Assembly: GCA_951406725.2 (NCBI GenBank)
Contig: OX597818.1
Coordinates: 7,068,001-7,132,000, forward strand
Direction of reading: 5' to 3'
From: Octopus vulgaris
Lineage: Eukaryota
Length of the DNA: 64,000 nt
The translations under genes and the position numbers were made by a program. Of the stretch, positions 59,480 through 64,000 are shown in pieces (position 1 is the first letter of the stretch; the number at the start of each line of letters is the position of its first letter). The notes beneath the pieces were generated by a model. It saw only the letters and a program-made list of their open reading frames with translations. It was not told the DNA's origin and ran no database searches.

Positions 59480-60450
59480 TCTTGGTAAAATATAATGATA
59501 GATATTGAGCCATAACAAATCAACTGCATACAATAGTCTAAATCTAGCCTCTGGAGACAGTAATTTCAGAGAACGGTACAAGGTCTACTTGAAAGTACAT
59601 GCCACTATAAAAAATCTCATCTGTAAAATAGAAGTATAAAGTATCGAAATCTTTACCGAGATGTGTATGAGTGTAACAGAAAACACATTTATTGAAATTT
59701 TTAGGCAACATGCATACACAAACAAAAACATCACATTTTGAAGGCTCTGCGAAATATCTAATAAACAAAAGAGGCAGTGAAGCCGTTGGAGCTCAGAGAT
59801 GCAACCGAAATTGTAGATTATGACATATTTCTGTGGAAAATATGGCACATGTAACTAGCTGTCCAAAAATGTCGTCAAGGTACTACCGCCCTACGCAACA
59901 CGACACGACGTTGCCGCAAAAACAATATACAATGCCATTCGAAAAAAGAAAACAGTCTGGAATAAATTGTGAGAATCCCCCTGTTATTGAATTCGTACAT
60001 AATCATCGACACAAGGAATATTGCTGGAACATATGCATCAATACCGCTGTCAAGTGTAAACATAATAGACCGGATATTTTTATGTACCGTCATAGAGGCT
60101 GGCTGTCCCGTTGATGTGAATATTTCTTTGAACATCACACTTCCATCTTCTGTATCCAGATTATAAATTCTCATTTATAACAATAAAAGTTTGTTCACTT
60201 GGTTTTGTGAGTAAATACCTAAGTGAAATGCCGAAGTGAAAATCTGGTTAAGCAAGAGATTTTAGATAAAGAAATTTGAAATAACTAAGTCGCACATTAC
60301 AAATACACTCTGTAACTGAAACAGTAAAAATATGGAAGACTTTTCTCATATTTATAACGTGACACTGTTTTGTTATTTACATTGCAATGCGTCAATTTTA
60401 GAAACCGACTCCTTCCTTAGAAAAATTTAAATAATTGAAAAACAGATGAG
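59480..60450 (+). mobile_element. R4/Dong-like LINE 3' fragment, decayed
   Basis: HVTSCPKMSSRYY..QHD, KEYCWNICINTAVKCKHNRPDI, CPVDVNI, LQIHSVTETVKI. Confidence 0.7.
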
Positions 60451-61034
60451 TACATATATACATATCTTTTATCTATCAACTTTTACTTGTTTCAATCATT
60501 ATACTGCGGTCATGCTGGGCACCAACCTAAGAAATTTTAGTCGAACGAATCGACCTTAGTTTTTATTTCCTTTTTCTTTATCTCTTTTGCCGAAACGCTA
60601 AGTTGCGGGGGTTATTTGTCTTTCTGCCTGTCTGTCTGCCTGTCTGTCTGTCTGTCTGTATGTATGTATGTATGTATGTATGTCATTATTCAGTTTATTT
60701 CAAGATTTCTTGCCAATAGGGAAAAAACGGTTTCTAACCTAGATCCGAAGCTACTTCGTTGGAATTTTAACATCACCAGCAGGGTATGTATGTATGTATG
60801 TATGTATGTATGTATGTATGTATGTATGTATGTATGTATTTATGTATGTATGTATGTATGTATGTATGTATGTATGAATGGATGTATGCATGCATGCATG
60901 CAAGCATGTATGTATGTATGCATGTATGAATGTATGTATGTATGTATGTACGTATGTATGTATGTATGTATGTATGTATGTGTGTATGTGCAGATTTGTA
61001 TCTTTTATGTATTCGCGGCATATAATTGCACATC

Positions 61035-61460
61035 TAGACATGCTCACATATATTTAAGTGAAAAATTTCTCGAAAGTTCCAGTCATGGATTGGATCTGTA
61101 GTCTTCGAATTAGTTTTCTCGTTTCTAGTTTTGAGAAACCTAATTTCTCAAGATTGGTATTGAGGCAGTGGATTACATTTACCAAGGCACCAATAATTAC
61201 AGGTATAAATCTGAACTAGTAATCTGGATAGAATATCTACAAATTTCTCAAAGATTAGCATGCGTATTCTCTTTTTCACTGAACTTCAGCTTATTCTAAC
61301 ATCCGCTGGGCAGCTGATTTCCACAACTGTGCACAGTTTCACCTCTCTATCCCAAATCATTATATCATGTCTGTAGTTCTTACATTTTATTGAGGTCTTC
61401 ATTGGTACATTCTGCCAGTATTCCTTTTTTATGATGAGAGGTTGCGGCTGTATGTATGTA
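61035..61460 (-). mobile_element. R4/Dong-like RLE 3' fragment, with (TATG)n just beyond its 3' end
   Basis: KKEYWQNVPMKTSIKCKNYRHDIMIWDREVKLCTVVEISCPADV. Further 3'-end fragments beside TACA repeats lie at ~60684-60783 (-) and ~41615-41705 (+). Confidence 0.7.
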
Positions 61461-61559
61461 GGTATATATGAGTCCCAACTCTCCTTTCTTTCTAATTTGC
61501 TGCTGCTTTTACTCATGCTTTTGCTAAGGTTAGCTCACTGGGAATATATGTCAGGTATC

Positions 61560-62450
61560 GATTTTTTGGCTGCTTCTTTTACCTGTGCCCATTTGCTGCC
61601 AATTCAAAAGTTTTCCAGTCTCTTATTCGTGACCTCCTTTATGCAGACGATTGTGACTTAGTAACTCATACAGTGGATGATATGCAAATACTTATGAATC
61701 GTATTTCTGCTTCTTGCAGGGCATTTGGACTCCATTAGCCTGGACAAGACTGTTCCAGCCTGCACCAAGAAATCCATATGTGGAACCAGCTACCCTGGTT
61801 GAAGCAACAATTCTGAAAGTGGTAGACAAGTTTGTCTACCTGAGCAGCACTCTCAGCTGTTCTTGCTCCCTGGACGATGAAATATCTTTCAGGCTGCAGA
61901 GAGCAACTGATGCCTTCCAGTCTCTTCAGTCTCGTGTCTGGACCCAGCATCGCATCACAAAGCAGAGAAAAATTGCTGTATACCGTCCATGTATACTGAC
62001 ATCGGTCCTTTACTCAAGTGAGACACGGACCCTTTACAAACGTCATGTAAGGGTCCTTGAATGTTTCCATCAGAGATGTCTGAGACATATTCTGAATGTT
62101 GGCTGAACGTTAGAAACTTCAGACACAGAGGACCGGAGAATAGCTGATATCTTGAGTATTGAGGCGATGGTACACAAGCACCGGTTACGTTGGACTGGAC
62201 CCGTCATTAGAATGAAGGATAGCAGGGAACTAGTTAGTGCAAAGAGACCCCGGTAGAAACCAAGGCTGAGATTTAAGGACTGTGTCAAGTTTTCATTAAA
62301 GGCCTGTGATATACAGGAGACTGAATGGGAGAGCAATGCCTTCCATTGCCACAAATAGAAGAAGGAGGTTAAGGAGAGGGTTGACACCTTTGAGGAAGCA
62401 CGTATTCTGCATGAAGATTTACAGCGGGTGCTCGAAAGCGCACTACTAGT
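61560..62450 (+). mobile_element. RTE-clade LINE RT 3' fragment
   Basis: LIRDLLYADDCDLV (YADD ~61640), LKVVDKFVYLSSTLS, FHQRCLRHIL, HRLRWTG.V.RM, PRLRFKD. Confidence 0.85.
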
Positions 62451-62912
62451 GTGGTGAATGGGGAAGATAGGTTTGCAGTGTTTGCTGTCGTGTAAGCTTG
62501 TCCGGTAAGCATTTTCGACTTTCAGCAGTAATCTTGAACTTCGGTAGTCTGAGGAGCCTGATAGGCTGACAGTAAAGGTTACTTTCGTAGGTTGGATTAA
62601 GGGTGGGGGGAACACTAAAGAGAAGAAAAATGAAAAGAAACAAGAGGAAAGGAAGGAAATGGAAGAATAGAACAAAGGACGTGGAGAAAAAAGGTGGAAA
62701 AGTGTGGAATGGATGGGTAAACTGGAAAATAATGTAGAGTTAGCAAGTGTGAGCTCAATAAAAGAGATCAGTCGAATAAGCATAATAAAGTACAACAAAT
62801 AAGATAAAATATCAAATATAGTATATAAAAAAATATAGAAGAATGGTAGACAGCAAGATGTGATGGTCACTCACACACACATACATACATACACACACAT
62901 ACATATACACAC

Positions 62913-63028
<116 letters not shown>

Positions 63029-64000
63029 ATGTGAGCGTGTCTGTGCTTGTATTTTGTTGGGTTGCGCTTTTTCAGTACAGAACGTAAGGTGTCAAAACAC
63101 ACAGTTTAGAAAAGAATATTGTATAGAAACATGTATATATGTGTATTGTTACACATTATCGTTTCCTTATTGGTAAACGTTTCATCCATCAACAGTAGTT
63201 CTAATCGAGAAATCTGAAATGAATCAATACGCGGTATGTATGTGTGTGTGTATGTGTTTGTGTTTGTGTGTGTGTGTGTGTGTACGCGCGTGCGTGTGCA
63301 TGTGTGGTTGTGTGTGTGCGTATGCCTGTGCGCGCACGTATGTAAAATTTTGCTTTATATCTTGAAGCTTTTCCATTTTTTAAAAATCGTCATGGTGCTC
63401 TCCCTATTTATTGCAGAATACTATTTTAACATATTGTTCTTCAAGTCTTACAGGGAATTATTTTGTTTCTATGCATTTTTTTATTTAAAATGTTTCTCGA
63501 AGAGTCCTGTTTATACAATTTCCATTTCCTTCTGCTTTTTCATCGCCAAGATTATTTAGAAGCGAAATGAAATTATAATAGTTAATATTTTGAGAAGTCA
63601 ATCTGGTGAAACTTATAATGCTGAGAGGCAATGTAATGGTCTCAACTTCTGATCGCTAAACTTTACAATGGCTTACAATCTATTATTCATTATATTCCCT
63701 CTCTTTCTGTTATACAATCGCTCTGTCTTTCATTCTCCCTTTCTCTCATTCCCTCTATATCTTTCTCTCACTATCTCATTCTCATTCTCACTCACTCTCT
63801 CTCTCTTTCCCTAATTCTGGAGAAAAGCAAATATAAAAGAAATACCTACCAACGAAGTCTTCTGTTGCAAAACAATTAAATTAACATCGTAAAGTTGTCA
63901 AAGCTGTAACTAGGTTTTCGAGATATTTTTAGTTAAACATGAAATCACAAATTTTTACACGATGCCTGGAGATGAATACACTCACAAATACAAGCGCCCT

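Overview
AT-rich, microsatellite-saturated animal DNA. The repeat landscape looks like a cephalopod (Octopus-type) genome; this is inference only. No host gene is recognisable, and most listed ORFs are translations of simple repeats. The main content is a Penelope-like retroelement (PLE) system. There are two RT + C-terminal GIY-YIG elements (1-2828, and an 8.5-kb asymmetric palindrome at 7126-15680). By eye I find 11 type-I hammerhead ribozyme (HHR) motifs in 6 sequence families, most in PLE termini or short non-coding elements. Several insertions share one architecture inside (TA)n: a tail plus one arm, then an inverted arm ending in a TATA-like motif. Notable details are non-canonical HHR cores (U3-A8 swap, U10.1-U11.1), self-complementary stem-III loops, a ~3-kb microsatellite mosaic copied with the PLE, a circularly permuted ~555-nt HHR unit, and a pile-up of such insertions at 26.0-28.9 kb. 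The rest is decayed Tc1/mariner transposons, Helitron-like remnants, RTE and R4/Dong-like LINE fragments (next to (TACA)n), SINEs and long simple repeats. All RNA folds were done by eye.
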